Source: Octopus bimaculoides
Lineage: Eukaryota
DNA: 64,000 nucleotides
Direction of reading: 5' to 3'
Assembly: GCF_001194135.2 (NCBI RefSeq)
Contig: NC_068998.1
Location: 46,670,836 to 46,734,835 of the forward strand
Shown here: positions 51,506 to 64,000 of the stretch, piece by piece
Layout: each line of letters starts with the position of its first letter
How positions within the stretch are numbered: the stretch's first letter is position 1
Made by a program: the position numbers and the translations under genes
Notes under the pieces: generated by a model
Seen by the model: only the letters and a program-made list of their open reading frames with translations
Database searches by the model: none
Told to the model about the DNA's origin: nothing

Positions 51506-52100
51506 ATTATGTAATAAAAACCTGAAATTGTTGTGATTATTTAATTTACCATAGTCTATACAAGATTTCGAATAATGGTGCTACAACATTTTTCTCATAT
51601 ATATTCGCAACGTTTTCTCTTATATCTACAACGGTTAATAATTCAATTGAACACGGAAGTATGTTCCATCAAAAGAGTTGGCCCTGGCCCTGTTATGACG
51701 CATGCGCCTCTTCTTTACAGATACGAAAATACCACATCTCGGTATGTCTATTAGTTTCGTCTCAGTTAACGACTTCCAAACATATCAAAGTAATTTTAAA
51801 TACATAAATATTATCGACCGATTTAAAATGTTGACGTAAACAGAGGTGTCGGAATTCTCTCTGCGGCTTTGTTCCGAGTTTGTGTCTTGTTATAAGCGGC
51901 TGAGTTTATAGTCCTCATCGTAACTATCAATGGGAAGAGGACATCATTAATAAAGGACGTACAGGAAAAAAATACATGAAATTTTAGTGACTACATCGTA
52001 GTGAAGAGACATTAGATATTGTACACACACAAACGCACGCACGCATACACACACGCGCACACAAATACACACATACGCATATATATATATAGATGTGTGG

Positions 52101-52154
<54 letters not shown>

Positions 52155-52765
52155 NNNNNNNNNNNNNNNNNNNNNNNNNNNNNNNNNNNNNNNNNNNNNN
52201 NNNNNNNNNNNNNNNNNNNNNNNNNNNNNNNNNNNNNNNNNNNNNNNNNNNNNNNNNNNNNNNNNNNNNNNNNNNNNNNNNNNNNNNNNNNNNNNNNNNN
52301 NNNNNNNNNNNNNNNNNNNNNNNNNNNNNNNNNNNNNNNNNNNNNNNNNNNNNNNNNNNNNNNNNNNNNNNNNNNNNNNNNNNNNNNNNNNNNNNNNNNN
52401 NNNNNNNNNNNNNNNNNNNNNNNNNNNNNNNNNNNNNNNNNNNNNNNNNNNNNNNNNNNNNNNNNNNNNNNNNNNNNNNNNNNNNNNNNNNNNNNNNNNN
52501 NNNNNNNNNNNNNNNNNNNNNNNNNNNNNNNNNNNNNNNNNNNNNNNNNNNNNNNNNNNNNNNNNNNNNNNNNNNNNNNNNNNNNNNNNNNNNNNNNNNN
52601 NNNNNNNNNNNNNNNNNNNNNNNNNNNNNNNNNNNNNNNNNNNNNNNNNNNNNNNNNNNNNNNNNNNNNNNNNNNNNNNNNNNNNNNNNNNNNNNNNNNN
52701 NNNNATAAATCTAGATATACATATCTATCTATCTATCTATCTGTGTATATATATTTATATATATG

Positions 52766-52820
<55 letters not shown>

Positions 52821-53019
52821 AATCTGCAAGTATTGCGTACATTGCTTGATTTAAATGTCTCAATAGTAATCTTGTGAAACTGGATTTACAAAACCCTAGA
52901 GGACGGACTGAATTTGGAAATAAGTACGAGTTACTAATAGAACTGTGTACGTATACAAAATATTGCCGAAAAATATTGGAGTTTAAAATGTAATTTAGAC
53001 ATACGTGCATATAAATTGT

Positions 53020-53271
53020 TGACGGAAGCTGGAGATACGGAATTTGCGGATGTGGAAGAGATGAAGAAAAGAAATGACGGAGGAATTAAAAGGCATCACT
53101 TTGCAAGAGTTCCAGCACTGTTTCGAATAGCAGAAAACGCTTCTGGACCGATGCTTTGCTTTAAATTGAGAATAATTTGAAGGCGGTAAAAATGTAAACA
53201 TGTAAAACTAAATGAATAAAATAATATTGTATAATTCCAGTTTCCTTTGCAGCCCCCCCCCCGACTTCGTA
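53020..53271 (+). mobile_element. mariner transposase C-terminus and 3' end
   Basis: FADVEEMKKK/MTEELKGITLQEFQHCFE*QKTLLDRCFALN*E*FEG matches the mariner C-terminal CF..W..R...C....G.YFE pattern. It ends near TCGTA. Confidence 0.75.
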
Positions 53272-54213
53272 CATACATTCATACAAGCACATATACACAC
53301 ATACATACATATTTAGATAAATATATTCGTATAGCATAATGTAGTTGATGATGTATAACCTTTAAAGAAAGTTTTGGTTTTCGCTTGCAATACAAACGCT
53401 TTCTGTATCGGTNNNNNNNNNNNNNNNNNNNNNNNNNNNNNNNNNNNNNNNNNNNNNNNNNNNNNNNNNNNNNNNNNNNNNNNNNNNNNNNNNNNNNNNN
53501 NNNNNNNNNNNNNNNNNNNNNNNNNNNNNNNNNNNNNNNNNNNNNNNNNNNNNNNNNNNNNNNNNNNNNNNNNNNNNNNNNNNNNNNNNNNNNNNNNNNN
53601 NNNNNNNNNNNNNNNNNNNNNNNNNNNNNNNNNNNNNNNNNNNNNNNNNNNNNNNNNNNNNNNNNNNNNNNNNNNNNNNNNNNNNNNNNNNNNNNNNNNN
53701 NNNNNNNNNNNNNNNNNNNNNNNNNNNNNNNNNNNNNNNNNNNNNNNNNNNNNNNNNNNNNNNNNNNNNNNNNNNNNNNNNNNNNNNNNNNNNNNNNNNN
53801 NNNNNNNNNNNNNNNNNNNNNNNNNNNNNNNNNNNNNNNNNNNNNNNNNNNNNNNNNNNNNNNNNNNNNNNNNNNNNNNNNNNNNNNNNNNNNNNNNNNN
53901 NNNNNNNNNNNNNNNNNNNNNNNNNNNNNNNNNNNNNNNNNNNNNNNNNNNNNNNNNNNNNNNNNNNNNNNNNNNNNNNNNNNNNNNNNNNNNNNNNNNN
54001 NNNNNNNNNNNNNNNNNNNNNNNNNNNNNNNNNNNNNNNNNNNNNNNNNNNNNNNNNNNNNNNNNNNNNNNNNNNNNNNNNNNNNNNNNNNNNNNNNNNN
54101 NNNNNNNNNNNNNNNNNNNNNNNNNNNNNNNNNNNNNNNNNNNNNNNNNNNNNNNNNNNNNNNNNNNNNTATACTCTTTTACTCTTTTACTTGTTTCAGT
54201 CATTTGACTGCGG

Positions 54214-54253
<40 letters not shown>

Positions 54254-54982
54254 AGTTCTTTTTGTAATTTTGCAGGTTCACTTAACAACTTTTGAAGACA
54301 GACTTCCTGCATAGAATGCTTTCAGCATAGAGACACGATACATCTTCCCGAATCATATTCACGTTCAATGTAACAAAGCCAGTCTTCTTAGTCAGAATCA
54401 ACGAAATAGGCGCGTAGGTTAAAGACAGAGCGACAACACGGGTCATTACTACAATCCTTTAACGTATGCTTTATTTTCAAGAGTTGGCGATAAGAATTAG
54501 CTGTACTTATTGATTCCTTCTTATATATGATGTAAAGGAAAATCACATTTGTATTTGAGCGTAGGACCATTAGAGTAATCAATGCTTTATTAGTTTGTTT
54601 CATCTTAAAGACAACAGTTCGTTGTTACACGGACATGTTTGTAATGAATATAAGGAAAACAGGTCCTAACATTTAACACCGGAGATGACAATGTTTACAA
54701 ACACTGGTATAAAGAACGTTTCCTCATCTATTCATCAACATCTCTACGTACTTATTACCAGTGCATACATACATACATACATACATATATACATACATCC
54801 ATGCATACATGCATACATATATACATACATACACACATTCACACATACATACATACATATATCTACTTAAATATACATATATACATATACGTGCACACAC
54901 ATATATTTACATATATTTACACACACACACACACACATATACTCACACGAAGGTAATTGTGTTTGTACGTGTGTGCAAGCGA

Positions 54983-55030
<48 letters not shown>

Positions 55031-55096
55031 GTGTGTGTGTGTATAATACATACAAGCATGCGTACATGTATATATATACATATGTGTATATAAGTA

Positions 55097-55132
<36 letters not shown>

Positions 55133-55153
55133 CACACACGCACACACACACAT

Positions 55154-55194
<41 letters not shown>

Positions 55195-55859
55195 CACATG
55201 CAGACAGACAAAGTGACATACGTTTTTTAAAGCGAACAAATGAACGAAGTGCACTTTACATTGTGTGAAGTGTAATCATATTTGTTCATCTGAAAGCCGT
55301 ATGCAATCTCAGCTAATATAAGTTTATATACACTCTGCTTCTTATATTGAGTTACATGTCTGCTGTTCGTAAAACTAAACCTGCCCACCCACACACACAA
55401 CACACACACACACACTCACACACAGAGGCTCTTTCTCACACACACACAAATACACACACGCGCGCACACAGACATTCGGTTTAATGAAACTACGCTTTGA
55501 AACGCAGAAAAATACTTGTATACATAAAGTAGAATATGTAACTATGGCTTTCATGCATTTGTAATTATTCATACAATTGGATTTGAGAAGTAGCGTGACA
55601 ATATATAAGTACGAATATTTACAAATACATCAAAATATGAATAGTCAATAATACACCGAGATATGACTGGTAGCCGAAAAGTTTCTTAAAGAACGCATCA
55701 TGCATTGAAAAATTGAGAGAGAGAGAGGGGGAGAGAGAGAAAGAAAGAGAGAGAGAAGAGAGATAGTGAAATAGAGAGAGAAAGTGAGAAGAATGGGTGT
55801 ATCGAACCTTCAAGAATGATTAATGCAAGGTCACAACATTGAAAATTGAAAATTATTGA

Positions 55860-56270
55860 GGAAAAAGATTTCAACGAGTTTATATATGAGCAAATCATTG
55901 GTTGAAAAAACAAGTAAGAAATTCGATCAAGAAATAGCTCAAAATTTTAGTATTATTACCAAACTGTGAATCACATTGTTAATGGGATTGGTTGATGTTT
56001 TTGACAAGATAGAAGGGGCAGTTCACAGGAAAGTTCTGTAACATAGACGTGTAATTGTCAAAGAAATTGCAAATTCTGTGAATATGCTACCATATTGTAT
56101 AAAAGTAATATTATATAAGAACTTTTGATAGAAGTGAAAAGTTGTAAGGAAGAAGCCAGTGATTTCAAAAGTTAATATGATCAAAAACATCAGTTGAGTT
56201 AAAGGATTCTGCAATACGAAGACAAGTTTTGGTCAATGATATGATAAAAATAGATTCTACCAATTTTCCA
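55860..56270 (+). mobile_element. Decayed Tc1-like transposase N-terminus
   Basis: Segments VKEIANSVN and VRKKPVISKVNMIK resemble the Tc1 RKKP-x-I-S-x-x-N motif, with many stops. Confidence 0.55.
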
Positions 56271-58044
56271 TTTCAAAGTAAGTATATGCGCGTGGTTGAA
56301 GAAAACTGAAAGATGGGAGCAGAATTATGTGCGCTTACATATATATGTATTTATGCATAAATGTGTATGCAAACACACACACACACACTCACACACACAC
56401 GCACACTCATGCACACACATGTACAATTACATTTAGGCAGAAATGTACACTTTAATGCATGTGTTTACAATCACGCGCATACACATACTTAGATATACAC
56501 TATGCATACACACTTGTAGCTCCTAACATACTCTTACAAACAATCACATACACATGCGTACACATACACAAACATAAACATACATACACGCACACACGCA
56601 CACACACACACACGTTCAGCATGATGAAAAAAAAATGCAGTAAAATTCCCAACAATAGTAACAAAAATAAAGCGAGCCAATAAAACAAGAAGTAAGGCCT
56701 TATCGATAATCAGTGTGACTAAAGATGGCGCTAATATCGATTATCGATAAATGGTCACCCATTGCCCTCGAACATTAACGGATTTCATTGTATTTCTCAT
56801 TTTCCATGTTTGACGTCATATATGATATATCGTACCTCTACTTTGTAACGACCCCGTTGTTGTTCTTGTTGTTATTGTTTATTTCTTCCCGTCAACACTT
56901 ATCTAGCAGGCCTTTCATCAGAGACAGCCAAACCGTGACCTTCCACTTTGACCCCAGAACCATAGCACTCGAACGCTTCGATCTTTTCTAAGATAGCGAA
57001 GTTTGATTTGAAGGAAATCTAACTGCTATTTCTAGCCGTTTACTGAGCCGCCATGTCAACCTAATCTTGAAGAAGCCTCTCACTTTCTCCTCATCTTTTT
57101 TGTTTTGCTTTTCACCGATATTTTCTTCTCCTTTCGTATGTCACCTTCACTTTCACTCACACGCTCCTCTCTTCCCCTGTTCTTTCCCCATACCTTCCGG
57201 ATGAGACAATCATTTCAATGTCCCATTTGTCCCCTAAACACTTATCAAACATTGGTTTCCTATAAATATTATATAATGACATGCACAACATGCAGAAATC
57301 GATGAAATCCGAAGAAAGTACGCTTTTGCATAACAAAGCTATTCTGTAAGGGTGTCAGGTTCGTTAAGATAGCCTTGTCTTTTTGTATATGCTTTATTGG
57401 ATATCGTTTCACTTTTACATTCGTTGATTCAACAATCACAATATATTGGTTTCATATAAATATTTTATATAACGTTATAACAAGACATGCTGTAATCATG
57501 CAATTATGCAATTATATAGCGCGAACAATGAAACACTAAATCTATAAGACAAAAAACGAGGTAAGAAAACAACAATAAGAACAACAACATTAGCAATGAT
57601 AACAATAACAACAGAATGAACATCACAGCTTGTGTAATAAGGTATTTTGCAACCGTGTAATTTTTTTCTGTGTTTTGTCTTCTCTTGACGGTTTCTCTTC
57701 GATAGAACTGTTCAAATTTTCATCCGCCCTCGATGTATTTATAATACACTGCATTTGTATTAGTTTTATACAAATGTCATATATTAACATAAAAAATATG
57801 GAAGTATGGCCACCATTGCTGACTTACTTCAAGTTCAAAAAGGCTCAGTGTTCGTTGGGTGCCGTCTCCATGACATTGAGTACTCCAGGTCAAAGCTATA
57901 TTCACCGAAGGCGAATGAAATTTCATCTTTAGATGTTAAGTATATATCATTACACACACCCACGTGCGTGCGCGCGCACAAGCTGCATATATGAGAGATA
58001 AGGATAAAAGCATGTTTGTATCATAGTTCCTACGTGCATTTCAC

Positions 58045-58099
<55 letters not shown>

Positions 58100-58179
58100 C
58101 CTACGTATGTATGTATGTATCATTTTCTTTATTACCCACAAGGGGTAATATATGTATGTTTGTATGTGTGTATATATAT

Positions 58180-58325
58180 ACGACGGGCTTCTTTCAGTTT
58201 CCGTCTACCAAATCCACTCACAAGGCTTTGGTCGGCCCGAAGCTATAGTAGAAGACACTTGCCCAAGGTGCCATGTAGTAGGACTGAGCCCGGAACCCTG
58301 TGGTTGGTAAGCAAGCTACTTACCA
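58180..58325 (-). mobile_element. SINE family B, 5' part
   Basis: Near-identical to 25361-25505. Confidence 0.9.
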
Positions 58326-58337
58326 CATCCATCCATC

Positions 58338-58600
58338 TATCTAGTTTCTGTGCCCACTTCTCCTGGTAGGGACATGAGGTTAGAGTCCTCAGGCACCTCC
58401 TCCTCATTGTCGAATCAGAAACAACTATTATTTGTCTTCCCGGCTGGATTCTCAAGTTTGACCAGCTAAAACACTGCGTATTATCCGGTTCTTGGTCTAC
58501 CCTTAGATCTCCCGGTGGTTGACTATGCTTGAAGAATTCGTAATGCGATTCTTACTTGCGACGTTTTAATCTCATGTTCGTAGTACGGAGAACTGTAACC
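58338..58600 (-). mobile_element. RTE-type LINE ORF C-terminus remnant
   Basis: TGRSKGRPRT* ... WSNLRIQPGRQIIVVSDSTMRRRCLRTL resembles the RTE G-R-P-R-x-R-W ... D-R-x-x-W-R terminus. Confidence 0.55.
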
Positions 58601-59322
58601 CTTCAATGCGGAGAGGTAGTGGCTCGGCCAGGAGACATTCACTGATCTCAGACGTACGCACCGTGTCGAATAACGGGAGGCAGAAGGCTGAATTGGATGC
58701 TACAACTGGAGGTACTGACACAGCAATGCCCCAGCTACAGCATTTGATCTTCAGAAGAGGAGAGGTTAGTAAAAACGAAAAGAAGAAAAGAGAGAAAAAG
58801 AGAAAAGTCTAACACGTTATCTTCAATCCAGTATTCGTGAATGTTAAGCAATGGCCGAAAGAATACGATCGCGAATGTAAGCGGTAGGAATAGAATATAC
58901 AGATGTATTGTATAATGCTATTCATAAAATATATCCTATTATTATATAATGTTATACATAAGATACAGCCTATGCTTAATGCTATAGAAATCGTAGGTAA
59001 GAGAGAAGTAAAGCGCAGAGACAAGCTGCGACATGAAATGAGAAATACAACCAGTCTTTAACGAGGTACAATATTTATAACTGCTATCAGCTTTTGTCTG
59101 GGAAATGTTTTCTTTAGAAAATAAAACACAGCGGTTTTGTGCAATACATGGATTTGATGGAGTTGTACTTGATCATTGATATCATCCTCAATGTCTTAGG
59201 TACCTGTGGACAAGGAAAAAAAAAGCATCATCATCATCATCGTCGTCATCTTCATCGTTGTCGTCGTCGTTGTTGTCATTGTCGTTGTCATCAACGCCGT
59301 CCTTGTCGTCACCACCACCACC

Positions 59323-59441
<119 letters not shown>

Positions 59442-59600
59442 TAAAGCAGCGAGTTGGTAGAACCGTTAGCATGCCGGGCAAAATGCATAGCACCATTTCT
59501 CTCGTCCTTACGTTCTGAGTTCAAATTCCGCTGAGGTCTACTTTGCCTTTCATCCTTTCGGGGTCGATGAAATAAGTACCAGTTGAACACTAAGTTCGAT
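59442..59600 (+). mobile_element. SINE family A, 3' truncated
   Basis: Head immediately after (ATT)n, with a family A body. Confidence 0.85.
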
Positions 59601-59669
59601 ATCTCTACTTTACAAATTTATCATGTTTTCTCAACCATACTGTAGTATATTCAAATTACTTATGTGTAC

Positions 59670-59705
<36 letters not shown>

Positions 59706-61228
59706 CATCATAAATATAAGGGATTAGCAATTGAGTTGCTTCTCCAACATACTGAAAATTCAGAAACAGCAGTCAAAGAACTACTGATTCTAAACTACAA
59801 ATTTTTCTCTAAAATGGATGGCGATATCTATGGCACACATNNNNNNNNNNNNNNNNNNNNNNNNNNNNNNNNNNNNNNNNNNNNNNNNNNNNNNNNNNNN
59901 NNNNNNNNNNNNNNNNNNNNNNNNNNNNNNNNNNNNNNNNNNNNNNNNNNNNNNNNNNNNNNNNNNNNNNNNNNNNNNNNNNNNNNNNNNNNNNNNNNNN
60001 NNNNNNNNNNNNNNNNNNNNNNNNNNNNNNNNNNNNNNNNNNNNNNNNNNNNNNNNNNNNNNNNNNNNNNNNNNNNNNNNNNNNNNNNNNNNNNNNNNNN
60101 NNNNNNNNNNNNNNNNNNNNNNNNNNNNNNNNNNNNNNNNNNNNNNNNNNNNNNNNNNNNNNNNNNNNNNNNNNNNNNNNNNNNNNNNNNNNNNNNNNNN
60201 NNNNNNNNNNNNNNNNNNNNNNNNNNNNNNNNNNNNNNNNNNNNNNNNNNNNNNNNNNNNNNNNNNNNNNNNNNNNNNNNNNNNNNNNNNNNNNNNNNNN
60301 NNNNNNNNNNNNNNNNNNNNNNNNNNNNNNNNNNNNNNNNNNNNNNNNNNNNNNNNNNNNNNNNNNNNNNNNNNNNNNNNNNNNNNNNNNNNNNNNNNNN
60401 NNNNNNNNNNNNNNNNNNNNNNNNNNNNNNNNNNNNNNNNNNNNNNNNNNNNNNNNNNNNNNNNNNNNNNNNNNNNNNNNNNNNNNNNNNNNNNNNNNNN
60501 NNNNNNNNNNNNNNNNNNNNNNNNNNNNNNNNNNNNNNNNNNNNNNNNNNNNNNNNNNNNNNNNNNNNNNNNNNNNNNNNNNNNNNNNNNNNNNNNNNNN
60601 NNNNNNNNNTGTGTGTGTGTGTGTGTGTGTGTGATTGTGTGTGAGTATGCACGAATGTGGTTCGAATGTACGTCTGGACATATACACGGGCACACACATA
60701 TACATATATTATTTCTTAGCTATAACCAATAAGACCTCCCACTGTCATTTCCCAAAGCACTGACGTTAACGATTATTGATATAGATGACACAAATCAGAA
60801 TAGATGCGTGAGTCGAAATTGAATTTACACCGATATAATCACCGCCTTTTCCTTGACCAACTTGTTCCATTTTCTCAGCATTTTTCTGATTCCATGACAT
60901 ACCATTCTCTACGGAAAGGTAATAATAATTTCTTTCAATCTTAACTGTCCTTCAACACGTTCTCAACAATATTGATTTATTTAGAACAGTAATGCAGACG
61001 TCAATACGTGTTGTATAAGTTGTTCCACAGTATGGTGGCGTGACTCAGTAGAGCATATAGAAAATATGAGTTGAATTATGATATGGGGTTTGTGAGTGTG
61101 TAATATATGCGTAGAACATATGTCGTCTGGATTGACTTGCGGCTAAAAAGGCAAACGGGACGGACGACAACAGCGTATTTCATGATTGCCACTTACAAAT
61201 CAGGGCAGTGCTCATGGAATTTGGACTA

Positions 61229-61378
61229 GCTGTGTGGTAAGTAGCTTGCTTACGAAGCACATGGCTCCGGGTTCAGTCCCACAGCGTAGCATCTTGGGCA
61301 AGTGTCTTCTACTATAGCCTCGGACCGACCAAAGCCTTGAGAGTGGATTTGGTAGACGGAAACTGAAAGAAGCCCGTC

Positions 61379-61444
<66 letters not shown>

Positions 61445-61503
61445 GTGTGTATATGTTTGTGTGTCTGTGTTTGTCCCCCCAACATCGCTTGACAACTGAT
61501 GCT
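61229..61503 (+). mobile_element. SINE family B, 5' two-thirds
   Basis: GCTGTGTGGTAAGTAGCTTGCT head through the internal (TA)n. Confidence 0.9.
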
Positions 61504-61935
61504 GAGATCAAATTCCGTAAGTATCCGGACTGTTGCCATAGTAACGAAACTAAAGCACGCAGATTAAAGACGCTTAGGACGGATTGACCTTAAACTCTAG
61601 TGTGCATGCGCACTACGTTTTAACGTTCTAGCTCACTTCCATTGGTTACAGCCGTGCTTGGAAGGAACGTGTGTAGTATGTGATCGCCGCATTGAACATG
61701 ACAGAGGAACTTTAGCAGAGAATCTGCATCAAATTTTGCCAAAAGCTTGGCGATACCTGCTCAGAGGCTCAGAGGCCCAGAGGCCCAGAGGCTCAGAGGC
61801 CCAGAGGTCCAGAGGCTCAGAGGCCCAGAGGCCCAGAGGCTCAGAGGCCCAGAGGCTCAGAGGCCCAGAGGCTCAGAGGCCCAGAGGCTCAGAGGCCTAC
61901 GCAAAATTTTCAAAAAGTTTTCGTCGTTCTCGACA
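61504..61935 (+). mobile_element. mariner 5' end (left arm) with an internal 8-bp array
   Basis: TIR-like sequence ...AAGTATCCGGACTGTT. ATG at 61698 gives MTEEL*QRICIKFCQKLGDTCSE[array]AYAK. Confidence 0.85.
61760..61895. repeat. 17 x 8-bp minisatellite C(T/C)CAGAGG
   Basis: Units counted directly. One unit is the variant TCCAGAGG. Confidence 0.97.
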
Positions 61936-62059
61936 CAAGGAGATCTTGTGCAACTGAAACCCGAGAGTCTTTTTAGTTAGCTGAAAGCAGTTTTGGCACA
62001 AACTTGGCAGACAGGCTTCTCATACCTAAATCTTCAGCGATAATGGACTGAACTGAACC

Positions 62060-62438
62060 GTAACTAATATGTACATCCTCTGATAACTCACGGATGCAAT
62101 GTTTTTCTCAGTTCTGCTGGTTGCGGGTCTCCCAGAACGTTCGTCAATATCGACATTTTTTCGGCCATCTTGGAAACGTCTGAACCACTCGTACACTTGT
62201 GTGCGGCTCATACACTCCTCTCCATACTCTTTCTGCAACTTTGCGTAGGCCTCTGAGCAGGTGTCACCATGTCCCTTCCAAGCACTGCTGTAAACAGCGG
62301 AAGTGGGCTAGAACGTTAAAATTTAGTGCGCATGCTCAGAAGAATTCAATTTCAATTTATGTCCAGCGGCTTTACGCTGCGTGCTCTAGCTTCGTTACTA
62401 TGACAACAGTCCGGATTACTTATTGATCAGACCTCGTA
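62060..62438 (-). mobile_element. mariner 5' end (right arm), same family, inverted
   Basis: TA-CGAGGTCTGATCAATAAGTAATCCGGAC TIR, and GDTCSEAYAKLQKEYGEECMSRTQVYEWFRRFQDGRKNVDIDERSGRP (HTH region plus GRP motif). Confidence 0.9.
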
Positions 62439-62535
62439 TATAAACATGCATACACACACTCGCGCGGGAACACGCACACGAAAACACACACATACATACA
62501 CACAAGGTATGTATGTATGTATGTATGTATGTATG

Positions 62536-62566
<31 letters not shown>

Positions 62567-62707
62567 GACTGAAAAAAAAAATGATTGAAAAATATTTTCT
62601 GTAATTAAATTACGCGAAAGTTCAAACGTAGAAACATTTTATTAGCGTCAAATATTCATGGATATCACTCTTATCACAGACTACACACACGCTTATATAT
62701 GTATATA

Positions 62708-62757
<50 letters not shown>

Positions 62758-63112
62758 CATACATATATATGCACACACATATACGTACGTCTGAAGGGGA
62801 TCTCATGATATATACGGATAATAACTTGATACTATAATTGGTTTAGTAACCAATCAAAAAATTGTTTTTTTTTTTTCATGAAACCAATTTTGATGTTTGT
62901 GTTGTTGCTGTTGTTGTCAATGTTGTTGATGAGGATAATGATGATGGTAATAATGATGATGACAACGACGACGACGACGATGATGATGATGGTGATGATG
63001 ATTGATGATGATGACGATGATGATGATGCTTGCGATGGTGATGTTCTTGTCTGTATTTACCGTTGATATTTTGAATCGAATATATTTCCTGTTCTTGTCA
63101 TTGCTACTGTTA

Positions 63113-63260
63113 TTACTCTTTTACTCTTTTACTTGTTTCAGTCATTTGACTGCGACCACGCTGGAGCACCGCCTTTTTTAGTCGAGTATATCGACCCCAG
63201 GACTTATTCTTTGTAAGCCTAGTACTTATTCTATCGGTTCTTTTGCCGAACCGCTAAGTT
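63113..63260 (-). mobile_element. SINE family B, 3' part
   Basis: Matches 14668-14822. Confidence 0.9.
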
Positions 63261-63290
63261 GAAAATAGTAGTCAAGTCTTTCTCAAACTA

Positions 63291-63418
63291 CAGGGTGTCC
63301 ACAAAGTCTGGGTACATGGGGAATTAACACATACTTTAAGGAATTATTATTTCTTATATTTAATTGTTTATGTTAGGATTTTATTTACTCCATGTACCCA
63401 GACTTTGTGGATACCCTG
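63291..63418. mobile_element. Tc1/mariner-type MITE (128 bp) with TA target-site duplication
   Basis: TA-CAGGGTGTCCACAAAGTCTGGGTACATGG ... CCATGTACCCAGACTTTGTGGATACCCTG-TA. The TIR is 29 bp with one mismatch. Confidence 0.92.
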
Positions 63419-64000
63419 TACATCCTATCGTCTCAAAATGAAAGTCAGATTATAGGTGATGTAGTGCTAAGAAGCAACCACATTATCCAAACCTCACATA
63501 ATATTTGGTCAGTCACTCCAGCCATTCCCGCACTCTACTGCTTTCTCAACTGATAATTGGAAATGTCGAGATAATACTTTTCCGAAAAATCTCAACAAAA
63601 AACATCAACATAGACGTTTTAACATTCGCAACAGCAGCAACAACAACAAAAGCAACAATAACTAATATAACAAAATCGGTAATAGAGGCATCAAACATAG
63701 CAACAACAACAGTGACAACTGCAACAATAACAACTATGAACTAAGGTTTCCCCTCCAAACACACACACACATGCACACAGAGTCGCACACAGAGTCGCAC
63801 ACAGAGTCGCACACAGATACGTACAAATAGAACGTCCCCTCCCCTAACATTCTAAACCCAATTAAATTCGGAATAGAATGGGGCGGGGGGAAGCTGAATA
63901 TAATTATTCATCAAAGAACATGTTGGACATTTTTCAGCTGTGAATTCTGACCATTTTCTAAAGAGACAATTTCTTCAGCTTCTGAAGGAACAAACCACAA

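Noticed and set aside
61658-61980. ORFs with RGSEAQRP / LRGPEAQR repeats
   Set aside because: Off-frame translations of the 8-bp array inside a dead mariner.

Overview
Eukaryotic, AT-rich DNA saturated with microsatellites and broken by 16 N-gaps. The SINE repertoire and repeat load resemble an octopus (coleoid cephalopod) short-read assembly; this is inference only. No host protein-coding exon could be confidently recognised, and nearly all supplied ORFs are translations of microsatellites or N-gaps. The one clear gene is a structurally intact, intron-containing tRNA-Arg(CCT) at 12738-12835 (minus strand). It lies beside a sharp switch from CpG-poor (1-12.1 kb) to CpG-rich DNA. The rest is mobile-element debris: several tRNA-derived SINE families, RTE-type LINE fragments, restriction-like-endonuclease (R4/Dong-like) LINE 3' ends sitting in (TAA)n tracts, Tc1/mariner remnants, MITEs and old minisatellites. 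The most notable hidden structures are minimal type I hammerhead-ribozyme folds in short dispersed repeats. One has a swapped G3-C8 core pair (14599-14649), one has U at position 6 (17914-17949), and there are several degenerate or half motifs. No CRISPR array or prokaryotic system is present.
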